A DNA stretch of 64,000 nt from Azolla caroliniana. Taxonomy: Eukaryota; Plantae; Polypodiophyta. Positions 10,635 to 23,522 of the stretch are shown here, one piece after another (the stretch's first letter is position 1; each line of letters starts with the position of its first letter). The translations under genes were made by a program, and so were the position numbers. The stretch spans positions 20,364 through 84,363 of the forward strand of contig JBHGNT010000107.1 in NCBI GenBank assembly GCA_043228905.1. The letters run 5' to 3'. The notes under the pieces were generated by a model, which saw only the letters and a list, made by a program, of their open reading frames with translations, was not told the origin of the DNA and ran no database searches.

Positions 10635-11004
10635 AAGACAATATACAAGGAAGGTTTAATGGAAAGCTTAATCAACACACCATACACGGGAGAGACAAAG
10701 AGAGCATAACACAAAAAACTCTATTCCAAAACAATACTCTAAAACCCTGTACATAGGATGTGCTCAGAGAGCACTTTTATACAAGTCCATACGAACTGAC
10801 AGAAGTACTGACTCATACTTCAATGCTCATCAATGAGCCCCTACACTAACTCCCAAAATATATTCCTCCGTGGAATATCTATCCAACGCCATCCCGGTTT
10901 ACGCACCGCTACGGCCTCTCATTGCGTACTCGGCTTACGCACCCAATCTACGCACTAGTTTACGCACCGGTTTACGTACCCAATGTTGAGCTTGTATCTC
11001 AATA
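10635..11004 (-). repeat. Partial LTR of copia family 'C'
   Basis: Reverse complement resembles 33837-34200 (GAGATACAAGCTCAACAT, GGTGCGTAAACC repeats, TATAAAAGTGCTC). Confidence 0.8.
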
Positions 11005-11107
11005 GTAATCAATTTCATTTGAGGTTGTTGATTCATAATCCTAGGTAATTTTGTACAGAGTACTTAACCATATAAGTTCTCGAGCTGTTAGTCAGTCTCT
11101 CTTTCAC

Positions 11108-11111
<4 letters not shown>

Positions 11112-11161
<50 letters not shown>
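11112..11161. repeat. (TC)n microsatellite
   Basis: About 25 TC units. Confidence 0.95.
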
Positions 11162-11163
<2 letters not shown>

Positions 11164-11281
11164 TCCACTTTCTGCTCGTTGTTTCCCCACATTCTCTACT
11201 CACTCTGCCTGTTGTGACCCCTTTGCAACTTCCAAATGTTCTCTGCTCTTCATATCCTCTCTACCACGACCTTCTGCTCGT

Positions 11282-12672
11282 TGATGAGCGAACAAGCTCA
11301 ACCGGATCCGGATCGGCTGAATAAGCTAGAGCCGTATCAGAGTTCGGAATGGAGAACCGGATCGGCATCTAGAACCAGTAGCCGGATCAGAGAGCCGTAT
11401 TAGTATGAACCGATAGGTCGTTAGAGGCCTACGAATCTAGCCTAGTACGTAGGCATATGGGAGTCTGTGTCAGTTGCTCGTATGAGCATCGAAGTACAAG
11501 TAAGTACTCTTGTCAATCCTTTTAAGGAATTGTATAAAAAGTGTTTTGTAGGACATTTGTATGTACAGAGTGATATTTTGAAATTGAGGTTTATGATGTT
11601 ATGTTCTCTCTATCTCTCCCGGGTATTCTCTGTGTGATTAAGCTTTCCATTAAACTTGTCCATATTCTTTGTTGTTATCCGGTGAAGTTGGTTTTGTCTA
11701 CAAGCTTCCACGTTGGATACAACACACAAGGACTTCCCAGCATGGGAGCAAGGAGAGAGCAGAGGGTTGTACTGCCTCGTGTCCTGTGTGCACGACCGGA
11801 TGTTGGGTTAAATCAAAGACGTGAAGTCGCCGAATTAAGCCTGGGAAAATCTGAAGAAGATTTTCGCCGCCAGAACAATGACCCGGAAGTTGAACCTTCG
11901 GCAAGAGCTCAACAACATCCGGCAAAGGGACATGTTGGTTACCGACTACATCACCAAGATCAAGGAGATCAACGATGCACTAGGTTCCATCAACGTGAGG
12001 GTGGACGAAGACGTGATAGTTAGATCTAACTCGGTGGTCTAGCACAACGGTACGAGCCAATTTGGACAATGATTTGCACCCGGGAGAAGCCACCATCCTT
12101 CTTCGACCTACACTCGATGCTGATGGTTGAAGAAAACCACACGAGTGGGTCGAGGACCAATCAACCAAACAACCCAATGTTATACATGGAGGTGGATCGG
12201 CCCTATGGGCGTGGAGGATGAGGTGGGCCGGCACACAATAACGGCTGCTGGCAAGAGTAGAACCAGAGGCATAGAGATTGTGCCGATAGTAGTTTCAAAC
12301 CTTCCACAAGTAGGGGGAGACAAGGCGATGCCAAAAACCAACAATCTAAAGTCGAGACGGAATGCTACTATTGTGGCAAGAAAGGCCACCAGGAGAGCGA
12401 GTGCTGGAAGAAGCGTGCTAATTCGGATAAATCCAGATCCAACAAGACCGAATAAGGGAACCAACAAAGCTCACACTACATAGAAGGATCAAAAGGATCT
12501 AAAACCGAAAAGACCAAAAAAGGGCCAAACTTTGTGATGGAACACAAGGTGAACTCGATGAAGAAGACCACTTCCGGAGCGGAGGAAGTGTGATACGTTG
12601 ACTTCGGAGCATCGAACCATATGACGAGCCACGAAGAGTGGTTCTCGTATTTAGAAAAGCCGGAGCAACCGG
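11282..12672 (+). mobile_element. Decayed copia 'G' 5' part (LTR, gag, zinc knuckle, start of protease)
   Basis: LTR 11282 to about 11710 resembles 46076-46240. Broken frames give AWENLKKIF..LRQELNNIRQ, CYYCGKKGHQESEC and VDFGASNHMT. Confidence 0.8.
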
Positions 12673-13895
12673 TGTCGTGTGAATCTTCACACACTATGTA
12701 AAAAATAATAATGAAATAATTATTTTAGATTAGATTAGTGGCTTGTTATAGAAAGATTGATGTACTCAAGAGCTTCAAAACGCATTTTACTACATATAAA
12801 ATGGACAACTACATATCAAGTTATATCAAGTTAGGTGGACATGAAGTTTGAGAAGATAAGGAAAATAGAATTTTGAAATATCCCACATAGATAGGAAACT
12901 TTAGGAGGCAGCTATATAAGCAGATTGAGAACCATCATTTTTCATCTATTTGTTAAGAGCACAAAAGAAATAGTTGGGCTTGGGCCACTTTTGTCTAGAA
13001 GGACAGATGTGGCAAAGTCGTCGGATGTGTCTAAGTTGATCGAACCGGCTGGTGATAGAACTCAAACTGGTTGGTGATAGTATTGAAAACCGGATGGAGC
13101 CGGCAACTGGATAAAACTGGTGACCGGGCAGAGCCGGAAACCGAAAACTGGACAGAGCCAACGATCGGATGGATCCGGCAACTAGCGACCGAGCGGATTC
13201 GGCAACCGAAAACCGGACGAATTCGGCAACCGGCAACCGGCTACCGGGCGGATACGACAACCAGGAACCAGAAGAATCCGGCAACCGGCGATCGAACCAG
13301 AACCGGATTGCGACAGAACTGGAACCGAACTAGACGGATGAGGCCTGACACGGACCATACGGATCAAAGCATGGACCAAACTTTACGGATTATAGGATCA
13401 TGCGGCTAAAGTAAAGTAAAGGTCATTTGGAAGGAATGCAACTAAAGGTGGACGCCATGCATAAAGTAAAGGTCATGTGGAAGGCATGCAACTAAAGGTA
13501 GAGGCCATGCAACTAAAGTCAAACTTTATGTAAGGTAAACGTCATGTGGGACGCATGCAAGAGAATGGGAAGTGAAACTAAAGTTCCTTCATGCAAGTGT
13601 ATTTACAAGAAATAAAAAAAACTAGGAATCAGAATTTTTAGAGGGGAGGCATCCATCAATCGGGGAGGGCACTCATATCCAAAAAAATTCTTATTCAACT
13701 CAAAAACCCTAATTTCTTATCGAAGCTCAAAACACTAATTTTTTCAACGAAGATATCACTCATAAACCATAATCTCTTATCGAAGCCGAAAAACCTAATT
13801 TTCCTATCGAAACTGTATCTTAGTTTCTTCTAATCTATTACTGTAGTAATCTCCATAAGCTAAAACTTTTGTAATCCCAATCTTGGGATTGATTG
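12673..13895 (+). repeat. LTR-like sequence related to element E, with internal tandem subrepeats, interrupted by copia A
   Basis: Start TGTCGTGTG..CACTATGTAAAAAATAATA resembles 7654. CCGG-rich repeats at 13040-13400, about 50-bp repeats at 13405-13560, about 26-bp AAACCCTAAT-like repeats at 13700-13815. Confidence 0.5.
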
Positions 13896-14532
13896 TGTTG
13901 AGATATCAAGCTCAACTAGTTTAATCTAGTTAGTCAACACATGTAACTTAGTAGTTACCTAGATCGAATGTAGTTAATGTGTTGACCTTAAGCCTTTAAA
14001 TACGACCTTGTACTTAAGTGGAATATTCTACATCCTCCACTCCTTAGTACATTTAATGTAGGACTTACACATAAGTACCTATGTTCTACCCACACATGTG
14101 CACCTTTGCACATGGGTTGTATATACACCTCATTGTGGGTATTTTTGTATGTTGATGACACTTTTCAATATAGTCAATCATCCCCCATTTATCTTCATGT
14201 TCATAAGTGTAACTTCCTCTCTCTCTCTCTCTCTCTCTCTTCCTCTCACACACTCTCATGTGCAAATCATACTAATCTTCCGTTGTTTAACGTAACCATA
14301 TAATTAGTCTCTAATTAACCCTAGTTAATTACCTAATTACTTAACATGGTATCAAAGCGTGTGGTTTAGGAAATCCTCCAAGCCCACGGCTTATTTGTGA
14401 TTGTGTGTTCGAGACGCCGACGACAAATCCCGGCTATTCGCTATCCACTACCGTAGTGCCACTACGAAGGATGTGTATACGACCAAGAGAAGAAAAACAA
14501 AACGGAAGACACAACAATCAACATGAACACAC

Positions 14533-15126
14533 TGTTGGGATTTCGGTCCCTACGGATGGGATGTCCGGAGATGAACGACGGCAATCCCGGTTACGGTTAC
14601 GGTCCCGGCTACGGAGCCGGATGATGAAGACCCCGGCTATGGAGCCGGATGATGTATGTACCCGGGGCGAGATCCGGATGCGGGGACATACTTGTGAATA
14701 TGTTCGCCAAGGGCCCTTGAGGCTATATTTGTAAATAGCCCGAAAGTCATATGCGTATAAATATGACTTAGGGCAAATAGTTTTAGGTTGTTGCTCATTT
14801 TATGTTTTCAGTTGAGAGAGCGAAGTGAGAGCAGCCGAGAGAGAGAGAGAGAGAGAAACGAAGAGGTCGACGCCTCTGTGTATTACCGCCGCCTGTGGCG
14901 AAGACAGTGAGCTCAAGGTTGTTGCCTTGTAGCTTCACCATTGTACATCTCTGTGTATAGTGATAGTTGGAGTTTGAGGACTCCCGTGGTTTTTTTTTCC
15001 CATTTAGGGTTTTCCACGTAAAACACCCTGTGTACTCTTCTCTCTATTGTCTTCGTACATTTTGTATTTCCTGTTTTCTGTGAGTTGATCCTATTCCTCG
15101 GTTGTGTCCGAGCACGGTTTTCAACA
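14533..15126 (+). repeat. LTR of copia 'B' inserted 10 nt into copia A gag
   Basis: TGTTG..CAACA, 594 bp, flanked by CACAC on both sides (14528-14532, 15127-15131). Confidence 0.93.
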
Positions 15127-15416
15127 CACACAAATAGGAAGCTCACTCCCTAGCGAAAAGCTAGATTGAAGCAACTATTCAGCTTGGGAGTACAAGATGA
15201 ATCAATACCTTGTCGGCCAAGGGTATTGGAGCTACATCAACGGCGCACAAGAAAACAAACTCGAAATCACACACGCCAACTACGCAACGTGGGAGCAAGG
15301 TGCGAGTCGGGTAATGTATTGCTTGGCAACATGTGTAAACGACCACATGCTAAGCCACATTCGTGACGCCAAGACGCCCAAAGAGGCGTGGGAAAATCTC
15401 ACGAAGATTTTCGCCG

Positions 15417-16868
15417 AAAGGAAAGCGGGCACTTCGAAACAAGTGGGTGTTCAAGCTGAAACCGGGAGATGCCGGAAACCCCCCGAGATACAAAGCCAGG
15501 ATCGTGGTGAAGGGGTTTCAGCAGAAGAAGGGCGTCGACTTCGACGAGATATTTGCCCCGGTAGTGAAGATGACCTCCATCCGAACGGTGCTGAGCATAG
15601 CGGCAAGCATGAACCTCGAGGTAGAACAGATGGACGTGAAGACGGCATTCCTTCACGGTGACCTCGAAGAAGAGATCTACATGCAGCAACCGGAAGGATT
15701 CGAGAAGAAAGGGAAGGAGCACCTGGTATGCCGGTTAAAGAAGAGCCTTTACGGACTGAAGCAGGCTCCCCGGCAATGGTACCGGAAGTTCGACTCTTTC
15801 ATGACCGACGAGGGGTACCTCAAAACGCAGTCTGACCACTGCGTGTTTGTGAAGAAGTTCGAAGGAGGAGACTTTCTAATACTCCTCTTGTACGTGGACG
15901 ACATGTTGATCGTCGGACGAGACCAGGTCAAGATACGGATGCTGAAGAAGGCTCTTCACCGAACCTTCTCAATGAAGGACCTGGGTCCGGCGAGGCAAAT
16001 ACTAGGGATGCACATCATCTGGGACCGGAAGAAGAAGCAGTTGTGGCTGTCACATGAGAAGTACGTGACAAAGGTGCTTCACCGGTTCAACATGTCGGAA
16101 GCAAGACCGGTCGGGTCAACACTCCCGGCAAACTGCAAGCTGTCCAGCAAGCAGAGCCCCAAGACAAAGGCTGAGAAGGAGGACATGATGAAAGTACCAT
16201 ATGCCTCTGCCGTCGGGAGCTTGATGTACGCAATGGTGTGTACCCGACCGGACATCGGATATGCAGTCGGAGTGGTGAGCCGGTACATGAGCAATCCCGG
16301 CAAAGAGCACTGGAACGCGGTCAAGTGGATACTCCGATACCTGAAGGGCACGGCAAACGTGAGCCTCCGATTCGGCTCCGGTAAGCCCGAACTCGACGGC
16401 TTTACCGATTCGGATATGTCGGCTGATGCAGACACCAGCCGGTCCACATCAGGGTATGTGATGACGTATGCAGGTGGAGCTGTTTCGTGGCAGTCGAGGC
16501 TGCAGAAGACGGTTGCATTGTCAACCACGGAGGCGGAGTACATGGCGGCTGTTGAAGCCGGCAAGGAAATGATATGGATGAAGGACTTCATTAGAGAGCT
16601 CGGTATCCGGCAGGAGGAGTACCGACTCTACTGCGACAGTCAGAATGCCATCCACCTTGCGAAGAACGCGGCCTATCACTCCCGGACGAAGCACATCCAG
16701 CGAAGATATCACTGGATCCGGGAAAGGATAGAAGACCAGGAGTTCGTGCTGACGAAGATCCACACGGACGAGAACGGGTCGGATATGCTGACCAAGGTAC
16801 TCACACCCGACAAGCTGGAGGCATGCCGGAAGAGGATCGGATTGGAGAGACATCCCATGCCGAAGTGA
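15417..16868 (+). CDS. pol: Copia B reverse transcriptase and RNase H (5'-truncated pol; Tork/Tto1-like)
   Basis: Open frame with KWVFKLK, QMDVKTAFLHG, SLYGLKQ, YVDD and ENGSDMLTK. PPT AAGGGGGAG precedes the LTR. Confidence 0.93.
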   Translation, partial: KGKRALRNKWVFKLKPGDAGNPPRYKARIVVKGFQQKKGVDFDEIFAPVVKMTSIRTVLSIAASMNLEVEQMDVKTAFLHGDLEEEIYMQQPEGFEKKGKEHLVCRLKKSLYGLKQAPRQWYRKFDSFMTDEGYLKTQSDHCVFVKKFEGGDFLILLLYVDDMLIVGRDQVKIRMLKKALHRTFSMKDLGPARQILGMHIIWDRKKKQLWLSHEKYVTKVLHRFNMSEARPVGSTLPANCKLSSKQSPKTKAEKEDMMKVPYASAVGSLMYAMVCTRPDIGYAVGVVSRYMSNPGKEHWNAVKWILRYLKGTANVSLRFGSGKPELDGFTDSDMSADADTSRSTSGYVMTYAGGAVSWQSRLQKTVALSTTEAEYMAAVEAGKEMIWMKDFIRELGIRQEEYRLYCDSQNAIHLAKNAAYHSRTKHIQRRYHWIRERIEDQEFVLTKIHTDENGSDMLTKVLTPDKLEACRKRIGLERHPMPK

Positions 16869-16878
16869 AGGGGGAGTT

Positions 16879-17472
16879 TGTTGGGATTTCGGTCCCTACG
16901 GATGGGATGTCCGGAGATGAACGACGGCAATCCCGGTTACGGTTACGGTCCCGGCTACGGAGCCGGATGATGAAGACCCCGGCTACGGAGCCGGATGATG
17001 TATGTACCCAGGGCGAGATCCGGATGCGGGGACATACTTGTGAATATGTTCGCCAAGGGCCCTTGAGGCTATATTTGTAAATAGCCCGAAAGTCATATGC
17101 GTATAAATATGACTTAGGGCAAACAGTTTTAGGTTGTTGCTCATTTTATGTTTTCAGTTGAGAGAGCGAAGTGAGAGCAGCCGAGAGAGAGAGAGAGAGA
17201 GAAACGAAGAGGTCGACGCCTCTGTGTATTACCGCCGCCTGTGGCGAAGACAGTGAGCTCAAGGTTGTTGCCTTGTAGCTTCACCATTGTACATCTCTGT
17301 GTATAGTGATAGTTGGAGTTTGAGGACTCCCGTGGTTTTTTTTTCCCATTTAGGGTTTTCCACGTAAAACACCCTGTGTACTCTTCTCTCTATTGTCTTC
17401 GTACATTTTGTATTTCCTGTTTTCTGTGAGTTGATCCTATTCCTCGGTTGTGTCCGAGCACGGTTTTCAACA
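16879..17472 (+). repeat. 3' LTR of copia B
   Basis: Copy of 14533-15126 with about 3 substitutions, followed by CACAC and copia A gag. Confidence 0.95.
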
Positions 17473-19273
17473 CACACAAATAGGAAGCTCACTCCCTAGC
17501 GAAAAGCTAGATTGAAGCAACTATTCAGCTTGGGAGTACAAGATGAATCAATACCTTGTCGGCCAAGGGTATTGGAGCTACATCAACGGCGCACAAGAAA
17601 ACAAACTCGAAATCACACACGCCAACTACGCAACGTGGGAGCAAGGTGCGAGTCGGGTAATGTATTGCTTGGCAACATGTGTAAACGACCACATGCTAAG
17701 CCACATTCGTGACGCCAAGACGCCCAAAGAGGCGTGGGAAAATCTCACGAAGATTTTCGCCGCGGACACATCCGTACGCAAGCTTCAACTCTGGCAAGAG
17801 TTCAACAACATACGACAAAAAGAAATGTTCGTGACGGACTACACGGCCAAGATCAAGAGCATTTGCAACTCGCTTGGCTCCATCAACGTCAACATCGACG
17901 AAGACGAGATGGTGCAAGTATGCTTGGGCGGCCTCGCACAACGATGCAACCCGTTGAGAACGGCAATCTTGGCGAGAGATACCCCTCCCTCGTTCTTCAA
18001 CCTGCAATCAATGCTATTGGTCGAAGAAAAGCACGTTCAATCAAAGACCAACACATCGGAAGGACAAATTCTCTTCTCCGATACGGATGGTGCCCATAGA
18101 CGAGGTTGAAGCGGAAGAGATCAATTCGACCTATCCCACGAAGGGAATTCACAATTTTGGCAAGGAAACGGAAGCCATCGAGGAACCTTCACAAGAAGGG
18201 GGAGCTTCCATGACGAACAAGGTCGGCGAACGACGACACCTAAGTGCAACCATTACGACAAAATCCGCAATCACGAAGAGGAGTGTTGAAAAAGACGAAG
18301 CGAGTCAGCTTCAACAAGCAGGCAACTGACAAATTACGCCGCGAATGCGGAATACGCGGACTACGACGGACTCTTCGTGATGAGGCATAGAGCAAACTCT
18401 ATGATGGCCTCCGATCCTGCAAACTCGGCAAGCACCTCTTACTCCGAACACGCGTGGTTCGTAGACTCCAACGCCTCACACCACATGACGTCGCACCAAG
18501 AGTGGTTTCACAACTTGTGAACACCGGATTGAACCGGTTACATAGAGACCAGAGACGACACTCAGCATCCCATTCGGCACATCGGCGATGTCCCATTCGG
18601 GAAAGAAGGCAAGCAAACCTGCATCAAGAATGTCTTGCACGTGCCCACAATAACAAAGAATTTGGTCTCGGTCGGCCAAATCGTGGAGCAAGGCATGCAA
18701 GTCCGCTTCAACAATGAAGGTTGCTTCATCGAGAAAGACGGTCGACTCATAGCCAAGGGACGGAGAAACGGTCGCTTGTTCATCCTTGACTCGAACGAGC
18801 TAAAATCGGCCATGTACGCCAAAGGTCTCAAGACCGAGACAAACATTGAGTTGTGGCACAAGTGAATCGGCCACGTAAACCTCCAACGGCTTCACGGAAT
18901 GCAATCAAAGGGAGTTGTAATCGCACTTCCGGCCTTTGAATCGAAACGAGTCAACTGAGTGTGCGAAGCATGCCAACTCGGCAAACAATATCGACTCCCA
19001 TTCCCGAAGGAGAGCTCCGCAAGCAAACGCCTCCTTGACATAATCCACTCGGACGTATGGGGACCAGACTGGCTCAAACGCCGACGCTCGGCGGATGCCG
19101 CTACTACGTCACCTTCATCGAGGACCACTCGCGCTACGCGTGGATATACCCGATGAAGAAGAAGAGCGAAGTGCTCTGCCACTTTCAAAGGCTTAAAAGC
19201 CAAGTGGAGAAAGAAACCGGTCGGCACATTCGATGCCTACGATCGGACGGAGGAAAGGAGTACTTCTCTGACG
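17473..19273 (+). pseudogene. Copia A gag, protease and integrase N-terminus (stops and frameshifts)
   Basis: ORFs 17543-18109, 18635-18865, 18959-19156 and 19057-19338 carry gag, LWH..CEACQLGK and RYYVTFIEDHSR motifs. Confidence 0.9.
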
Positions 19274-21536
19274 GCCGGCAAAGGAGTTCAGAGTGTGAAA
19301 TGGGGAGTTATTTAATTAGTAGGAATGGTTGTAAGTAAGCTACGAGTGTGGACGGACGGACCGGAATCGGTATGCCGTTCCGGATCCGAACCGATCCCGA
19401 ACAGGTGCGGATGGCACTGTTTTGTAATACAGACCGTAAACCTATTTAAAGGCCCGGATACAATGTAATGAGGAGCGGTTAATTAATAAAGCTTAGTGTT
19501 GTTATCTCTTTGTGTTAATTGTCGTTCTGCATTCATTGTTATATCTTACGCGTGTGATTATTAAAGACGAACATGCTAAGTAATCTAATTAAGTTGGAGT
19601 AATCGTTGAGTCTAATCCTGTTGTCGTAACACCCCTTTGGTGAAGTGTCTTCCGTAGACACCCTGTGTTAGGCCATTGTCCGGCCCTAAGAGTTAACACA
19701 GTTTTTGGCAACCACGATTCCTGTTTTGGCAGCGAACGACGGCACGGATGGATGACTAGATCAACGCACGACCTGGTTACAAATCGAACTCGATGCCTTG
19801 CCGAAAGGCAAAGGAGACGTGAGGCTTTCCAGCAAGCGGCGCAGGAAATTAGAGCGGATCGCTCGTTTTCCAACATAATCCGGAGAGTAGCGGAGGACTC
19901 CCTCTGGTTACAACAAACATCGCACCCGGACGACGGCAGCAGCCTAAGCAGCCTCCGGGAAACTGAATCCCTTCTCCAGGCGTTGGCAAACGGAGAAGGT
20001 GAAGCAAAAGCCTTTTCAGCGTATGAATCGGACTCCGAAGGGGAATACAGCGTGCACACGAACTACCGTCACAGCAACGAAACCCCGGGCGGACCGGAGG
20101 ACGAAGGATCGGATACCTTACCGACACCGAAACCAGAAGTGCTAACGCTGGAACCCCCGGAACCAGCAAAGGAAGAGCGACCTCCGACGCCGGAAGTCGA
20201 AGAGGAGAGGCCTCCATCACCAAAAGAAGAGGAAAGACCACCGACGCTTGAAACAAATCAGGAAAGACCACCGACGCCGAAGAAAATCTCGGAACGAGCA
20301 CCAACACTGCCAGCCCGCGCATCGATACCGGACGACGACATGTCGTTCCAGTACTCCAAGTATAGAGATGATCCGGACGCAGAAGCTCATGTGCATGCCT
20401 TTGAACAGACATGGGAAACCAACCATGTGTCCGAGCGATTGACCCCAGATGAAGAGGAACGCTCTAAGATAGTGGAATTTGGCGTCACATTGGAGGGACC
20501 GACAGCAAGATGGAGCCGGACGCAGGACCCGTCTACCATCAACACCTTTGCAGATTTAAAAGCTAAATTCTTGCATTTTTTCCAAAAGGAGGTGGACCAG
20601 ACCGTAATGGTAGGCTTATTTTATACCATCCGACAGGAAGCAGGGGAGAGCATTCACCAGTTTGTCATCCGGTTTCAACGGATGCATAGTCAGCTTGCCC
20701 GCGCACCCCCGGAGGAGGAATTACGGACTATATTCCTAAACGCGCTCCGGGAACCCCTATGCACGGTTTGCACGGTAATTGACTTCCGCACAAGTACCAT
20801 CGACTAGGTCATTGACCGGGTGAGAGAGATGGAAAAGACAAGCTCCTGGCTCACACTGGGAGCACTCCAACGGGCGTTACCGTCCGATGAAGACCTTCGG
20901 TTTCGGCAAGCAATACAGTGAACAACCTGGTTGAATTCCGGACACTCGGCTCTAGAATGCACTATGAGGACGCATTGTGTAATCTGTCAATCCAAGGGCC
21001 ATACGACGGATAGGTGCGAGTATAATCTATTGAATCGGCAAGCACCGCCCGTCCGACAAATTGAGCCACGCAGCAGCCAGGATGAAGAAGAGGAACGTTG
21101 GCGGCGAATGGACCGCAACCGACCGGCACAGGATGTCCGGTATGGTGATCAACGGGAGAATGATGTCCGGTACGGTGATCGGCGGGATAACTATGACCGG
21201 CATGCTCGGTACCGGGATTACAATAGACGATACGAACATTACGATCAGGAGCACTCCCCCGAGTATCGTCAGTAGCGGGAGGAATACGGCAGATATAACG
21301 GGAAACCCCGTCAAGAGTACCGCAATAAGAAGAGTTATAACAAAAAACGGCATTTCAAAAAAGGCGGCTACCCACGGGATCCGGAACAAGGAGCTTCAAG
21401 CAGCCAACCGGCCCAAAACCCCGCGCGTACCACAGGACCTGCCTCAGGTACAACAGACAATGCCAAATCTAGCAATACCCAGAAAGCCTACTGCTACGAC
21501 TGCCGACAGGAAGGCCATTATAGTAATCAATGCCCG

Positions 21537-23456
21537 GTGAAGAGCTATGAAAAACGACCGACGGTAAATATGGTAGTCCCTGAGGTGGCAGATCTGCAGC
21601 AGGTGACCACAAGGTCGAAGGGCATGGCCAAGGAATGGGAGAAGCAGGAGACCATCCGGAAACAAGCGACGGAATGGGTGAAGAAAGCAAACGAGCAGAA
21701 TGTCACAGACTTACAGCGGCAAAAGGAGAACACCGTAGGGCTTGCCGGCGGCAGTCACTCCGAGAACGGGACATGGCAGGCGTTGCAAGAATGCCAGATT
21801 ATGCTGCCACTAGGAAGACTCCTACAACTCGTGCCAAGATTCACGGAAGGACTGAAGATGACCATGACGGCAGGAGAATCATCACCGGCACCGGTACTCT
21901 TCTCGAATCCGGAGGAGGGACCAACGGTGGTGGACACCAACAGTCCGGTAATCACTGCCATTGTAAAAGGGAAAGAACTCCCCGGCACAGTTATAGACGG
22001 AGGCTTTGGGGTGAATGTAATAAGCCTCCGAACGTGTGATGCCCTAGGAATCCACGAATGGGAGCCGTGTCCGTTCTGGTTGCGGATGGCCGATACAAGC
22101 TCAGTGTGGCCGACAGGATTAATACAGAAATTAGAAGTCACTATGGGCCATCATACATTTCACATCTCGGCAGTAGTGCTACAAGTACAGGCACAAGGCG
22201 CATACCCGCTATTGCTGGGGCGGCCGTGGTTGAAAACGGCACATATCAAACAGAATTGGAGGAAAAATATAATTACCTTCCGGCGAAGAAAAGCTAAGGT
22301 ACGAGTACCAACACAGCCAAGGACGAGCACTGGCAAGGAATGTACACCGTTGTATGCAGAGTGCATCAACATGCTAGAAGGGTTAGCTGACGAAGAAGAA
22401 GCTCAGTACTTGCAGGAACACCCGAAGATCATACCCTCCTTCGAAATTGACATTGCCGAAGTAGTATCACCATACTTACCGCAACCGGAAGAGGTTGAAG
22501 CAGAACCGGATAAAGACACAATCCGGGAGCTATGGCAAGCGCAGGAAGCGTTGGAACGGGAAATGGCCGTTTCACAGCGCGTAAAAGCGTCGCAACTGGA
22601 AGAGGTGAACCTAGGGACCACGGACGAAGCAAAACCGGTGCACATCGCCAAGGAGATGAAGTCCGAAGACAAAACGGCGATGATCACACTTCTCACGGAA
22701 TTTCGCGATGTGTTCGCCTGGTCATACGAAGACATGCGAGGACTTGACCCTCAGTTATACCAGCATCAGGTTCACTTGAGCAAGGACGCAAAACCAGTGG
22801 CACAAAGACGGTACCGGATGAATCCCAATTATGCCGCCAAAGTCAAGGAGGAAATCGACAAACTGCTAAGAGTTGGCTTTATCCGTCCGGTAAAGAAAGC
22901 GACATGGCTGAGGCCGATCGTAGTCGTACCGAAGAAGAACGGAAAAATTCGAGTTTGTGTGGACTACCGGAAACTCAATGCAGCTACGGTAACGGATGCG
23001 TTTCCACTTCCGTTCATAGATGGAGTGTTGGATGCCGTCACCGGCCATGAGGTCTATAGCTTCCTAGACGGATTCAGCGGGTATAATCATATCCGGATGC
23101 ACCCCGACGACCAAGAGAAAATGGCTTTCGTCACTGAATGGGGGGTGTTTGTGGCCGTGGTGATGATGTTCGGACTCAAAACGGCACCGGCAACATTTCA
23201 ACGAATCATCATGGAAATCTTTGGTGAATATATTCCGGCTTTTATGCAGGTTTTCCTTGACGATTTCGTCGTCTATAGCCGGGAGGAGGACCATTTTCAG
23301 CACCTCCGTCTTTGTCTAGAAAAGTGTAGAGCGTACCGGCTAAGCTTGAATCTGGCAAAGTGTGTATTTGGCGTGTCCAGTGGAACTTTATTAGGACATA
23401 TTGTGAGCCAGGAAGGAATTGTAGTCGACCCGGACAAAGTGAAAGCCATATTGTAA
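21537..23456 (+). pseudogene. pol: Gypsy D protease-RT portion of gag-pol
   Basis: RVCVDYRKLN, FLDGFSGY and VFLDDF motifs, ending at a premature stop. Confidence 0.92.
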
Positions 23457-23522
23457 GCACCGGCGCCGGCAACGGCAAAGGCATTAAGCCGGTTCTTAGG
23501 CCAGATCCGGTGGCACAGCCGG

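Noticed and set aside
12692-12710. CACTATGTAAAAA as a CACTA terminal repeat
   Set aside because: No matching opposite TIR was found, and it lies 19 nt inside a sequence matching the start of LTR E.
15197-15661. ORF 15197-15661 and the GTG start of 15363-16868 as natural genes
   Set aside because: Both cross the chimeric gagA/RT-B junction at about 15416.
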